Origin: Octopus sinensis
Taxonomy: Eukaryota
Direction of reading: 5' to 3'
Assembly: GCF_006345805.1 (NCBI RefSeq)
Contig: NC_042999.1
Span: 141,298,001 to 141,362,000 of the forward strand
DNA: 64,000 bases
The translations under genes and the position numbers were made by a program. A model generated the notes under the pieces. It saw only the letters and a list, made by a program, of their open reading frames with translations. It made no database searches and had not been told where the DNA came from. Every line of letters begins with the position of its first letter. Position 1 is the stretch's first letter. Of the stretch, positions 1-13,800 are shown piece by piece.

Positions 1-196
1 AACTACGAAACTATTATTAACGCTGATGCCACGGAAAAAGTCTGCTACTGTTAAATAATGGTTATATTGAAAACGGCGAATCGCTCTAGAAAAAAACGAT
101 AATTGTGAACTGATATCAAATACAACAGACGTATCAGCCAATCAGATATATAAATTCATACCATTTGCTATAATAAAATTTCCATGGATCAGTATT

Positions 197-456
197 ATGT
201 TTGGAAAACTATTAATGATTATTCTCTTGCTTTGCTTATGTATTCTGATGAAAGGTCGCTTGTGCCTCTTCCAGAAGGACTGGGGTCGCCACGATGTCAA
301 GTACGGCCATTTCTCCGAGAAGGAGCGTCTAAACATGCTTCAAAAGGTCCGGGAGATGTTCAACTTCGGTTATGACAACTACATGAAATATGCATTTCCT
401 AAAGACGAACTAAATCCTCAGAGCTGTCATGGTCGTGGCCCTGATTATGACAACCC
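197..456 (+). CDS. EDEM1: ER degradation-enhancing alpha-mannosidase-like protein 1 (GH47), first coding exon
   Basis: ATG197, hydrophobic signal/anchor LLMIILLLCLCIL, then VREMFNFGYDNYMKYAFPKDELNPQSCHGRGPDYDNP, matching EDEM1 [30 protein letters not shown]; ends at CC|GTAAGT donor (457), phase 2. Confidence 0.88.
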
Positions 457-3400
457 GTAAGTTTACACCGCTCTGGTTTTTATCGTCTACATTATTTGCT
501 GCCTTCCTCCACATTTTCATTATTTAAAGTAATCTTACTTGTGACCTAAGCAGGGGATTTATATTTCGATTTTTATTCAATAATACGTTGTTGCTGTTTA
601 TTTGATCACCTTTTAAATTACGAAAACGTTTTGGTTTAATTTAACATCCTAAGAAGCGATCCTTTTCAGCCTTTTTCAAAATTATTGGTTACGTACAAGA
701 AGCTCTAATTAATGTTGATCTTTAATGGTTCGACAATATGTATGTCGATACTAGAGTTGTGATTTGTATGGCTGTAATTTTTAGCTGGTCAAGTGACCAC
801 ATTGATAGCTCCCTTGTTAACTCGACGATGTTTAAGTTCTTTAACCCCAGATCGAGCAGCCATATAATAAAAGACAATCCAACTTTGACCATCCCATTTG
901 TTTGTGTATCAAAGGATACATTGTCCAATGTATACTAAGATGGAGGAATGTGATTTGAGGGTGATTTGTTCGCTATTTCGAACAGGTCGACGGACCGCAT
1001 TGAGACATCCCCGTTGGCTCGTTAAGTAAGCAATCGTTCGCTAACAGTGTTTAGGTTGTTGTTTAGTGCCAGGTCTGCTCTCTTTAAGTTTGTTGAAAGA
1101 GAGCAAACTTATTGTCAAAAACTCTCTATTAATGACCAACTCATCCCAGTGTATATTACCCAGTGTACCAACCTGAAAAATAGGAGAGGGTGTGATATTA
1201 GGGAACTTGGCTGTTATTTCTAAAAGCCAAGAGACCACATGAAAACACTTTGAAAGGCGATTAATTTTACTATAGAAAGGGTCGACCCCACTCCTTTTGG
1301 GGGATAGTAGATTCAAGGCTACATGTCCCTTTTGAATATGAAAAATAAGTGGAATTAATAGTTAATTTTTACATAGAAAAACCGATGAAAGAAGAATGAT
1401 GTTTTACCGAAAGACAAATGTCTGGTAGGGTCTGAAATCGTGAGCTACGTGTCACGTTCGATCATATTGTGTTGATAGCCGATGGTGCTGTCTTTGATTA
1501 AATAGGTACAAAATATGGGAGAATGGAATGTGATGTTTATAACTTTCAAAAGTGTCCTCTCGGAGCTTCTTTCTGCTCTATGGCATTTTGTAACTGCTAA
1601 TATTTTCATTACATAATCGAATATCATGTCATTTGGGTGATTTAATTTAAGCTTCTGTACTGTTAAACTGTCCCTCTATTGCTGGTAACTTTTCCAGAAT
1701 CAGTATTACTTTCTAACAGCCAAATAAAGGAATCACATGAAACGAGGTGTTTCTTCACTAAACATTTTGTGAATATTGTTAAGCTGCTCATAATCTGGTT
1801 ACCTGATATGTTTTTGGTACTAAATCTTCTTCGAATCAAATCCTGTTTAATATTCAATAAAGGGATCATACATTTCTAGCCTTAATTCTTTAGTACACCA
1901 TACTAAGTTTGGACATTATCATTTAAAGAGATATTGTTATAAGAAAACTGTTGATCTTAGCTTAACAATTCTTCACTTCTCTGGGATACATAAACTACCA
2001 CCAATAATAACCCGAGATAAAATGATTAAAAATTAAATCCATCAGTTACAACGACAAGGGTTTCAGTTGATCTGATCAACAGAAAAGCCTGTTTGTGAAA
2101 TTAACATACTGGGCACTCCCAAGACATGTGTACTCTTAACATAGTTCTCAGGGAGATTCAACATGACACAGAATGTGACAAGGCTGCTCTTTGAAATGCA
2201 GGTACTACCAATTTTGGCTAGATGAGTGAACAGTAGCAATATGCTCAGGGACATACCACACTGCTAAGAATAGAACTTGGGACCTTATGATTGCAAACCA
2301 AATACCTTAACCACTAACCCATGCACCTTCACACCAAATGACTAAAATTAGGTTATATGTGGCACATTGAGCATGTAGGTCACCACTGAACAATTGATTG
2401 AAATGTCTTTTTCCCTGGACTTGCTGGATCATCATCATTTAACATTTGCTTTCCATGCTGGCATGGGTTGGATGGTTTGATAGGAGCTGGTCAGATGGAG
2501 AGTGCCCCAAGCTCCATGTCTGTTTTGGGATGGTTTCTATGGTTGGATGCCCTTCCTGACACACCAGCCACTTTACAGAGTGTACTGGGTGCTTTTATGC
2601 AGCACCTGCACAAGTGCTTTTACGTGGTACCAACATCCATGAGCTCACAAGATTAGGAATGCTCAGCTGAAAAGGGATGCAGGGGACATACCTGTATGCA
2701 AAGACAATCATGTATTTACTTAATTTGACATGTCTTCTCAAGCACAGCAAACTGCCAGGAGTGAGGAGAAAGCTTGATACCATAAATGACTCTTGAAGTT
2801 GTTATAATTTCTTATTGAGAAATCCTAATTTATCATCATTTCATCTCCTTTTTCCATGCTGGAAGGGTTGATGGGATTCAGTGGTTTGGAGGACCACATC
2901 ATGTTCCACTGTCTCAGTTTAGGTATGGTTTCAAGCATTGGGCCTCGTGGAGGCAATGATAAATGACCAAGACCTTTGGTAATATGTTGTACTTGAGAAG
3001 AAGACTCATCAAGCCAAGTGAAATCAAAGTTGTGGCAGATATTGGTGTCATACAAATTGATGTCCATGCCAGTGGCACATAAATGCACCCATTACACTCT
3101 TGGAGTGGTTGGCGTTAGGTGCAGCCCTCAGCTTACCAACCCTGGTCAAACTGTCCAACCCATACCAACATGGGCAATGGGTGCTAAATGATGAGGATGA
3201 CGATGATATATATATATATATCTTGTTTCAGTCATTAGACTGTGGCCATACTGGGGCTACATCTTGGAAAATTATTTTTGTCAAATGAATCAACTCCAGT
3301 ACTTCAGCTTTTTAAAGCCTGATACTTATTCTATCAGTCTCTTTTACCAAACTGCTAAGTTACAGGGATGTACACACCAGAGATATACACAAAGACACAC

Positions 3401-3737
3401 ACACACACACACGCACACACATATATATGACGGGCTTCTTTCAGTTTCCATCTAACAAATCCATTCACAAGGCTTTGGTTGGTCCAAGGTTGTAGTAGAA
3501 GACACTCACCTAAGGTGTCATGCAGTGGGACTAATGTGGAACCATATGGCTGGGAAGCAAGCTTCTTACCACACATATATATATTTTTATAGACGAATGC
3601 CCTTCCAGTTACTAACCTTCACCTGTTTTTCAAGTAACGGATCTCTTATATGTCTGTAAATGTGTGTGTGTGTTTGAGAGCAGCAGTAGGTAGCATATAT
3701 ATATAGCACGGAAAACGGACATTAAACGATGATGATG

Positions 3738-3776
<39 letters not shown>

Positions 3777-3794
3777 GAAAGATGGGGAGAGAGA

Positions 3795-4030
3795 AAGAGA
3801 GAAAGGGTCATAGCTTAACTAATTAGGAAAAGAGCTAGCCTTGATGAGATGCAGTTTGGTTTTGTGCCAAGAGGAAGCATTACTGATGCTATCTTACTAG
3901 TGAGGCTACAGCAGGAGAAATATTTAGGAAAAAATAAACCTCTGTACTTGGCTTTTGTCAACATGTAGAAAGGCTTTGATTGGGCTCTCCACTTAATTAT
4001 CTGGTGGGCAATATGGCAGCTAGGGATAAA
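3795..4030 (+). mobile_element. RTE-clade LINE reverse transcriptase fragment (degenerate)
   Basis: Translates to LDEMQFGFVPRGSITDAILLVRLQQEKYLGKNKPLYLAFVNM*KGFD. Confidence 0.8.
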
Positions 4031-4039
4031 TGGGTGGTA

Positions 4040-5320
4040 TAGTGGCTAGCAATCTATCAAAATCTTTTATTTAATAAGCAAAGTGAACAATTGAAATGTA
4101 ATCGATAGGTAGGACTATGTACTTTAGTATTTATTTGACATTCTCTTCGCAGTTTTTAATTCAGAAACTCTTTTTGGCATTGAACTGAAGAGCTTTGTGA
4201 TTGTCTCTTGTGAAATTTCTACCCACTTTTCACGCAACAATCAACAATTCATCTTTAGATTTATGTTTCTGTCAAGTTTTTCGTATAGCTCTATCTAGTA
4301 TGCTCCAAAGATTTTCAATTGGGTTCATGTCAGGAGATTGGCTCATCCAAGGAAGCTTTTTGATCCCATTTTCAGTCAGCCATTGTTGATTCCTTTTCGC
4401 TGTGTGGCATGGACCCCATTTTCCATAAAGAAAAACTCATTTTTCATTATGTTATCATGTGAATACATTGGAAGTAGTCCTTACTTAAGTATTTTGATGT
4501 ATTTTACAGAGTTTATGGTTCCAACACATTCAATCAGCTCAGAATGACCATTGCTGGTGACAGCTCCCCATACCATTACAGAGATACCACCATGTTTCAC
4601 AGTTGGTTGGAGTCATTTCAAATCAAATTCTTGATTGAGAACCTCCAGACCCAAATATCGTCCACTGTCTGAAAATAATGCAAATCTAGATTCATCTAAG
4701 AAAATCACTCTATCCCAAAATGAACTGGATTTTTCTGACATCTCCTTAGCCCATTTCTTTCTTTTCATGATTTTAATTGATTGAAGGAGAGGCTTTCTTT
4801 TAGCTGCTCGTCCATAACACCCAAGCTAATGCAGATATGTAACACACGTTCTTGGACTAACTTCTAGCTGTTTTGCAATGTCAGAAGCCTTTGAACAGGG
4901 TTCATTTTCCACAATTTTCTTCAAACAACGAAGCTTCCTTTCTGAGGGCCCAGGTCGGCTGAGACGAGAATCTGTTGATTCTTTTCCTTGGCTTTTGAAT
5001 TGATATATAATCAATTCTATATACAATAGAATTCTATTAACTATAATTCTATTAACAATAGCAAGAGGAATTTGAAGATTTTCGGCAATTTTTCACTGGC
5101 TAAGACCAGCCTCAGATTGCCCAACAATATGACTGCTTTGAAAATCTGACAGTTCTGCTGAATTTTTTGTGCATGGCATGGTTAATCTTCGCAAATGTTT
5201 AATATAATGGCACCTGGAATGAAAAAGAATAATTACATTGTAAATTCTATACTGCTGAAAAAACATATTAAGACGCTTAGATCAGAAATTTTGAAAATTA
5301 AAGGTGGCTATTTACTACCT
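4040..5320 (-). mobile_element. Degenerate Tc1-like transposon
   Basis: HTH-like RLSRPGPSERKLRCLKKIVENEP..ASDIAKQLEVSPRT, then [33 protein letters not shown], with stops and frameshifts; termini not resolved. Confidence 0.75.
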
Positions 5321-7838
5321 GCATGTCTGTGTGTGTGTGTATGTATGTATATGTGTGTGTGTATATATATATATATATATAATGACAGATGTTAGGAAGA
5401 GCATCCAGCCATAGAAATCATGTCAAAACAAAAAATGGAGTATAATGCAGTTCTTGGACTTTCCTTGGATCCATTGGATCCTGTCAAACTGATTAATCCA
5501 TACCTGCATGGAACATGGACTTTAAATAATGATGATTATATATATTTATATATGTGTGTGTGTATGTATGTATATAGTGTCCAAACAGTAGATGAGGAAG
5601 TCTGCTGAAGATCACAGTGTCCAAATATCAGGTTATCAATGTGAAATGATCAATGTTTTATGAAACTCACTGTGAGTGCATCTTTAGCACTTTTCTGTGC
5701 CTTTAATAAACAAAAACAAAAGTGTCAAACCACGTTTCTGCTTTCCCACCACCACCACCACCCCACATACATGATCCCTCAGAAATAGTTGATTCATTTG
5801 TATTGATAGAAGTATGGTAGTAAAATCAGCTTATTTCAACAGAAATATAGTAAGGAAAGAGAGGCTGGTGTAGCACTTAAGATCCACCAAGGATAGGGAA
5901 GAAACATTATCACCATCAGATGGACAGCAAAACTCTACCGCTTTTAAAGGGGCAGCAGTACCACCAATAGTAAAGTATCACCAACAAAGAGGCAAGCCCA
6001 CCACCAAGGTAGTAACACCTGTCAATAAGTAGGCTCAGTGAGAATATTTGTTAGACAAAGGATCAATAATTAGTTGAATGTATAAATATTGAATTTTTTT
6101 GGTGGGGGGGGGGGATTCTACTGTTGTGGAAACTAGTATATCATAAGAGAGATAGAAGTGACATTTTAGAACTAGTATAGTTATTGTTTAGAGCAATATA
6201 GCGTTATGTTTAGCTTATAGTTTTGTTTAGTATAATATAGTGTAACATTGTTTGGTGTAATATGTTGTAGTGTTTAGTGTAATATACAGAAGAGTTGGAT
6301 TGTTGAAAAGGATCTGACTAGCTTGAGGTCTGTGTTGGCCCCCAATATTTGCTTTGGAAAGGTTTCTTCAGCTGGATGCCCTCCTTAACACCATCCACTT
6401 TACAACACAAATGTGCATATACAGATATAAACAGGCCAATGTCATTTCCATAATGTCATAAACTGGTGACAGTCTCAGCCAGCTAACAGGCAAAACTAGA
6501 TAATACATACATTACATCAAAAAGGGATACGTTGACAATTTAAATGCATGTGATGAAAGTATGTACACAATAATATACTTAACCTTAAGGTTGAGATATG
6601 ATGAAAGAGTTGTTACATACAAGTTATATGCATGTGTGTGTGTATAGATTTATGTATGTGAGTGTTTGTATGTTGATGGATGGATGGATGGATGGATGGA
6701 TAGATGGAAAAAGAGAAAAAGAAAGAGATATTTGTATATGTATGTGTGCATGTGATATATGCATGCTTTTCAACTTGTAAATGTTATAATAACTCAAATA
6801 ATAGCACACAGGGATGCAGCTACAATGACAGATTATTAAAGTGGTGAGATGAATAGGAATGATAACTAAAAAAAAAATCCATGTGAATATACAGCTATGA
6901 TGGCAGATTAAAATATTATGGATCAAACACAAAGTGGTAGAAGCTGAGTTGGAATATATATGCAAACAGATGCTTACATCCACACATAATTACATGCATA
7001 TGTATGCACAAGCATTCCTATATACAAAGTAACATATAAACACTCACATGTTTTTCCTCACATCTTCATTTCAAAACATTAAAGCACTACCTGGATTTTA
7101 TACATAGAAAAATATAGAGCAATATTAATTATAACATAGTAGTCTGTGAACTAACCTGAAAAATTGAAACAAATTATTAAGTAACTCTTTTGTTTATACT
7201 TTATTTCCAGCAAACGAACTGTGAACTAAAATATGTATTTAAACAAAGCATCTTGGCAAAGATACTTGACCCAAAAAATTCTTATGGAAAAATGTTTACA
7301 GCAAAAATATTTACCTCAGAAATTATTATGGCAACAGTATTTACTACAAAAATATATATGACAAATATTTCTATAGCTAAAATGTTTACTGAAAGATATT
7401 TCTGCCACAAAAGTTAACCAGTTTTGATTGGTTAACTTTTGATTTAAAAAAAAACAAAAAGATTTAGATGCTAGTTTATGTGAACTGATACAATCTGGCT
7501 CTGGTGCAGCCTTGTCTGTACTACAATAATATGATGATGGATTATTTCTAGGATGGAAATTATTCCATTGTGAGAGGACTGGTTTATTGGTAATACTGTC
7601 ATAATAAGGAAAAAGTATGTACATAATAATACACTTAACCTTAAGGTTGAGATATGATAACTGAAGACAGGATTGTAGAGCGGAACCTATGACATCATCT
7701 TTTTTATAGTAATGCAAACAACCCCTTTTAGAGAGGTTATAGCTTGGTGGGTGGTCATGGCTCATGCACTACTGTAATTATTTTCAAAGGGGGGGGGCGA
7801 TTGTCCGTCTTCAGGATAAAGAAGGTAGAAATTGGATT

Positions 7839-7881
<43 letters not shown>

Positions 7882-8840
7882 TACACACCTCTTTTAAAAC
7901 AATACTGAAACCAATAACATGGAAAGTTATGAGTATGTATTGTGTTCTACAGGATATTGGAAGGACAGAATACAATGGGTAGTGGATCGATAGGATGTAA
8001 ACAGAAAGGCAAAATAAAGTAATCACCTATTGGGATTTAAACGTACATTTGATAAACAGCACCTGCTTCTGTGAGTTCAAGTTCCATCTGATACTTGCCA
8101 TTTTTTCTTTTACTTTTACTATGCTCACTATCTCATTTCTATGTTTACATCCAATATATTTAAGGGTATTTTTTTAAATAATAACATTGGTACAAAGTCA
8201 CAGGTTTTTAGGAGATTAAATGACCAGTACAATTTCAAAGAGCAAAAAGACAGTGAAAGTCAAAGTCAACTTAGGTAAAATTTGAACTCAAAATGTAGAA
8301 ACAGGAAACTGAATTCTGTCAGACATTTAATCTGTCACTTTATCATTTCCTGTGTTTTTCACTTCAGAAGTATGGGTGCAGGTATTTATTGTAGTAGTGT
8401 TAAGATGTTTACTTCACATTTTATGGTTTGGGATATAATCCATTATGAGGTGCCTTGGGCAAGTGTCTTCTAACATAACTTCAGGATGACCAAAGTCTTG
8501 AGTGAAATTACTCGATAGGAACTGTGTGGAAGATCATTAGAGGAATCATCTCTGATCTAATTCTTTGCCCAGTTAAACATCACCAAATGGCCCTTGGGTA
8601 CTTTTAATGGTATTCTCTCTGCTGTATCATTTGATCACGATATTCAGTTTGGAGATAAGTTCCTCTATTTCTTTTATCACTTTAGGAAACTCTGACAAAA
8701 TTAATGTAAATAATATAAAGAAAAATCAAATTTCTACAAATTTAGCACTATAATCATAGCTTAATAATAATAATAATAATAATAAAATAATAATGATGAT
8801 GACGATGACGACGACGATAATAGTAATAATAATAATAATA

Positions 8841-10028
8841 ATCCTTTCTACTGGAGGCACAAAGCCTCAAATTTGTGGGGAAGGGACTAGTCGATTACAT
8901 TGACCCCAGTGTTTCACTGGTACTTAATTTATCAACCCTGAAAGGATGAAAGGCAAAGTCAACCTTGGTGGAATTTGAACTCAGAACATAGTGAAAAGCA
9001 AATTACTGCTAAACATTTTGTCCAGTTCACTAACGATTCTGCCAGCTCATCACCTTAATAATAATTATAATAATAATAATAATAATAATGATGATGATAA
9101 TGATTCCAAATTTTGGCACAAGGCCATCAAGTCAGAGGATGGGGTAAGTTGATTACATCAACCCCAGTGCTTAATTGGTACTTATTTTATCAACCCTGAA
9201 ACAATGAAAGGCAAAATTGACCTTGGCAGAATTTGAACTCAGAATGTAAGGACAGATGAAATGCTGCTAAGCATTTTGCCCAGGGTGCTAATGATTCTGC
9301 CAGCTCGCCGCCTTCAATAATAATAATGAGAAGAAGAAGAAGAAGAAGAAGAAGAATACTTGAAAGATTTGCTGAAAACTTGTGGATACCTAAGATTACA
9401 GATTGTAACATGCTATCCACATAATTCATACCTGAGTCAAATAATAATGATAATAGTTATAATAATATTGATGTTGATGATTTCAAATTTTAGCACAAGG
9501 GTAGGAGTTTTGAGGAGAAGGGCAAGTCAATTACATCAACCCTAGTGCTCAGCTGGTACTTTTTTCACTGACTACAAAAGGATGAAAGGCAAAGTTGACC
9601 CTATGTAAAGAAGTAGAAGAAATGCTACTACGCATCTTGCCCAGTATGCTAATGTTTCTATAAGCTCACCACTTTACTGAATAATAATTATATTAGCCAG
9701 ACTGGTGTCACCATCATTGTTGATTTCACTACATTTCAGCTGTTGTACGCTCCAGCCCTCTTCTGTTGTCTTGTAGGTTATTTGCATAATTCAACTGAAG
9801 CAAAAAAAAAAATCATGAAACGCAGAGAGCAGAATGAGAACACTGTATGCCTGCAAATCAAATAGAGGTTAGGTTCAAAATTCCAATGCAATGACAAATT
9901 TGGCATAGGACACCTAAGATGGCTGGAGCATACAACAGCTGAAACATAGTGAAAGTAACAATCAAACAGTTCAGCTAATATAAATAGTATCATATAATAT
10001 AAATTCCTCATCACAGCAATATAGAATT

Positions 10029-10060
<32 letters not shown>

Positions 10061-10830
10061 CATTCTGAGTTCAAATTCCGTTGAGGTCAACTTTACCTTT
10101 TGGGGGTTGATAAAATAAGTACCCATTGAACATCTCCTCTCCCAAAATTGCTGCCCTTGTGGAAAAATTTGAAACCATTGTTATTATTATTATTATTATT
10201 ATTAGATGAGCAAAATGCTTAGCAGTATTTCATCCGTCTTTATGTTCTGAGTTCAAATTCCTCTGAGGTCAACTTTGCCTTTCATCCTTTCAGGGTTGAT
10301 AAAATAAGTACCAGTCAAACCCTGGGGTCAAGTCAAAACCCTTCACTAAACTTATTGGCCTTGTGCCGAAATTTGAAATCATCATCATCATTATAATTAT
10401 TATTGTTTTATTTCTCAGAGAGCTTAGTCTTGTTTGCTTTGGTAGATTCTGTGAGAGCAGACAACAGCCTATTGTCAGAGGTCTCACAGAGTCTCTTTCC
10501 ACACATTACAAGCTTTGATAATTGGTTGTTAATTATCATGGAAGACATTCAACATCCATGTACCAATCTCAAAATCATAGCTGTCCCTATTATTATTGTT
10601 AATAATATTATTTAAGGCAGTGAGCTGGCAGAATCATTAGCATGCCAGGCAGAATGTTTAGCAGCATTTTATTTGTCCTTGTGTTCTGAATTCAAATTTT
10701 GCCAAAGTTGACTTTGCCTTTCATCCTTTCAGGGTCTATGAAATAAGTACCAGTTGAGTACAGGGATCGATGTAATTGACTAGCCCCCTCACTCAAATTT
10801 CAGGCCTTGTGTCTATAGTAGAAAGATTAT
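8841..10830. mobile_element. Cluster of about 6 tRNA-derived SINEs with AAT tails (family A)
   Basis: Repeated GAGCTGGCAGAATC..AAATTCCGCCGAGGTCGACTTTGCCTTTCATCC..AAATAAGTACC; three copies on - then three on +; more copies at ~19350-20535, 34290-34470, 39712-40160, 47400-47825. Confidence 0.8.
9716..9962. mobile_element. MITE-like element with 42-bp terminal inverted repeats
   Basis: 9716-9757 is the near-exact reverse complement of 9921-9962 (..TTTCAGCTGTTGTAyGCTCCAGCC). Confidence 0.7.
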
Positions 10831-10859
10831 CATTATTATTCTGTAATCTTATTTTTATC

Positions 10860-13707
10860 ATGTGCTTTCACTGTACTACCGAGTGCAGCTCTATGTACCT
10901 TCGGTATGTGCTGTGGTTTGTTTTGGTGTTGTTATTTTCATTGTATTGAAATTGCTTTACACAGGATGTGTGCAGTGCATAGAAGTGCTATTTTCTGTAT
11001 GTTATATATATATATTTGTATGTCCTGGTGCTTTGGTTATGTATTTGTCTGTATGTTTTTTAAATCATACCTTATGCAACTATTATTATAGGAATTGTTT
11101 CTGTTTCTATGCTCCACATTTGGATTATCTCTTTTTCCAGATCTTTCTATTTTGTGAGTTTCTCTGTTTCTTTCAGAAATAGATTGTCATCTATTGGGAT
11201 TGATACATCAATTAGAAGGCTTTTTTTTTCTTGATGATCTCTAACGACTAACCATGATCTCACTATCTGTGTATATTGGCGTATCTCAGAGTATGGTTGC
11301 TTTGTTGTTTTCTGAGACCTTTTCTGGGATATGCCTATCCCCTCTTTTTTCTGCTGTCATTCCATAGTGTTGGCGTAGTTTCCAGTGTATATAGGTCCTA
11401 ACTCTGTCATGTCTGTGGATATATTCCTTCTTAGCCAAGATTGGACAGCCAGAGATAATGTGATTTATTGTTTCTCTCCTATTTCCACATATTCTGAAGT
11501 CACATATTGTATTTTCCTTTATTATGTGTTGCTGGTGGTTTCTGGTGAGGAGGCTTTGATCTCATGCTGAAATTAAATTCCTTCAGTCTCTGCTTCGAGT
11601 CCTGAGCTCAACCATTGTTATCATTTTACTTTGTCTATTTCTTTTTTGTTTAGCCTATTTCAGTGTTTACCATGCAAAGCTTTTCTTGCCATCATTTTAT
11701 CATGGTATTTTGTTGTTCCAGTTTCAGTTTGGATTTCAGTTGCTTTACAGTTTGTTTTTGTTTGCTCTTTTTCTTCATTGTTATCAGGTACTATGATCTT
11801 TTTCTTGTATTTTTTAGCTTCCTTAAAAACAAAAAACAGTTTTTAGTGTCACTCATGTTCAGTGACTTTAGTACCAGTTTCCCTTGGTTTCAAGTTAGAT
11901 ATTTCTGTAATCCTATGGTGGTTATTTTATAGTAATTTTCTAGATGTATAAGACCTCTACCACCTTCCATTCATTGTACATATAACCTTTTGTCATATTT
12001 TGGCTGATGTATTCTAAATTCTGTCATTAGTTTTCTTGCTTTCCTGTCTAGTTTAGTTCGTTCATTATGTATCTGATTAAAAATATTGTAACTAATTTAT
12101 AACTGGTATAGCTAGAGTATTGATACTTATTATCTTGTTTTTCACATTAAACTCTGTTTTAAGTATTAATCTAACTCATTTATAGTATTCCTTATCTTCT
12201 CTTTCATTTGTGTGTGTTGTACTGTATCCAATTCGTTGATTCCTAAGTACTTGTGTCTGGGCTTGGTCTAATTTTCATATTTCATTTTCTTTATCTAGTA
12301 TAATATAGTTACTCTTGATGAGTTTTCATCATTTGCAACATACAGTTTTAGATCATCCATATACAAGAGATGATTGATTATCTTACCGTAGCATCCACAT
12401 CCAGTTCTGTCTAGCATAACAGTTAAAAGCATCAGTGCCAGGTAGAAAAGGAATGGAGAGAGCAAGTCTCTTTGAAATATTCCTCTTCTAATGAGGATGG
12501 CTTTAGTCTTTATGATTCTCTCTTTTGTCTGGAGCTCCAGCACTGTTTGCCGTTTATTCATGGCATATTTTATATATTCTATTATTGTTGTTGCTACCCT
12601 GTTCATGGCTGGTATTTCAAGGATCAATGTGTGGGGATTACTGTCAAACTCCCTTGAATAATCGATCCAAGTCATGCTTAGACCCTTTTTTTTTCTTTTG
12701 GCTGCCTTCAGTTATGGATTTATTGATCAATAACTGATCTTTACAGTCATATGAGCTTTTGCAGCATCCCTTCTATCCTTCTAGAAACAAGTTGTTTTCT
12801 TCTAGATGTCTGCCCATTCCCTGCAATATTATTGCTGTTAAGGCTTTGTAAGTTGTAGGGAGACATGTTATAAGTTTGTAGATTTGGGAATTAGTATGGT
12901 TTTTCCTTCTGTGAGCCATTCAGATGTTGTCTCTGGCTCTGCTAGCATCTCATTGAATTTCTCACTCAATATCTTAAGTATCCCTGTTAAATATTTTGGC
13001 TAGAAATTGAGAATCTTGTTATACCCAGGTGCCTTTCAGTTGTTTAGTTTTGGCAATGCTGGGGTGACCTCATCTATTGTTATAGGTGTTTGTTGTTATA
13101 TTAGATCTTTTCTGAGGTTGTTCCATATTCTTTCCAAAGTTCTCCAACTTCTGCTGTTGGTGCTGCTGTATTTTATTTTTACCAAGTTCTTGGTAAAATT
13201 GTTTTGGATTAGAGCTGAACTGCTTATTTTGTTTAAATAATTATTGGTGTTTGTCATACCAATGGATTCTTTGCACTTTGGCAAGGACATCTTGCTTTAG
13301 CTATTCTTTTACCTCAGGTATACCTTGCTTTGTTATTTTGTATTTCTGTAGTATTTTTCTTTCTTATTGTTTAGTAGTGTTGTTTGCCCACTAGTTTCAA
13401 CAAGGATTGACTAATTCTTTCTTTTATTTTCTATTTTTTTCTGAATATTATTTTTCCATAATGTTTGTTTAGGTTGTGATACTCCTGTTTGGATGGATTT
13501 GCAGGAGTATCCAATTTCTTTTGTGGCCACAGAGGCTGCTGCATATATTATTTCATTTATTCTGGTCATATTGACATTTGTTTCTTTTGCAATTAGTTCT
13601 GTGACAGCCAGATTTATGTTTTTTATTAATGTTGCTATCTTATTATCAGCTTTAACAAACAGTCAGTGGTCCATACTGAGTTCTGTAACTTTTAATTCCT
13701 TGATTAT

Positions 13708-13720
<13 letters not shown>
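10860..13720 (-). mobile_element. R4/Dong-like non-LTR retrotransposon remnant
   Basis: RT motifs TWIDYSREFDSNPH, IRRGIFQRDLLSPFLF, INHLLYMDDLKLY (ORF 12295-12675); upstream INEIIYAAASVAT; many stops. Confidence 0.8.
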
Positions 13721-13744
<24 letters not shown>

Positions 13745-13800
13745 TGAAAAATAATATTTGTGGCAGAAGCAGTAATTATACTGAATGGCAATCTTATGTT

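Noticed and set aside
851-938. ccccag|ATCGAGCAGC.. as EDEM1 exon 2
   Set aside because: Phase fits, but the translation (SSSHIIKDNP..) lacks the conserved NINDVLG and hits a stop
6550-6610. C/D-box snoRNA (GTGATGA ... ATGATGA)
   Set aside because: No CTGA D box at a suitable distance and no terminal stem; the second copy lacks box C
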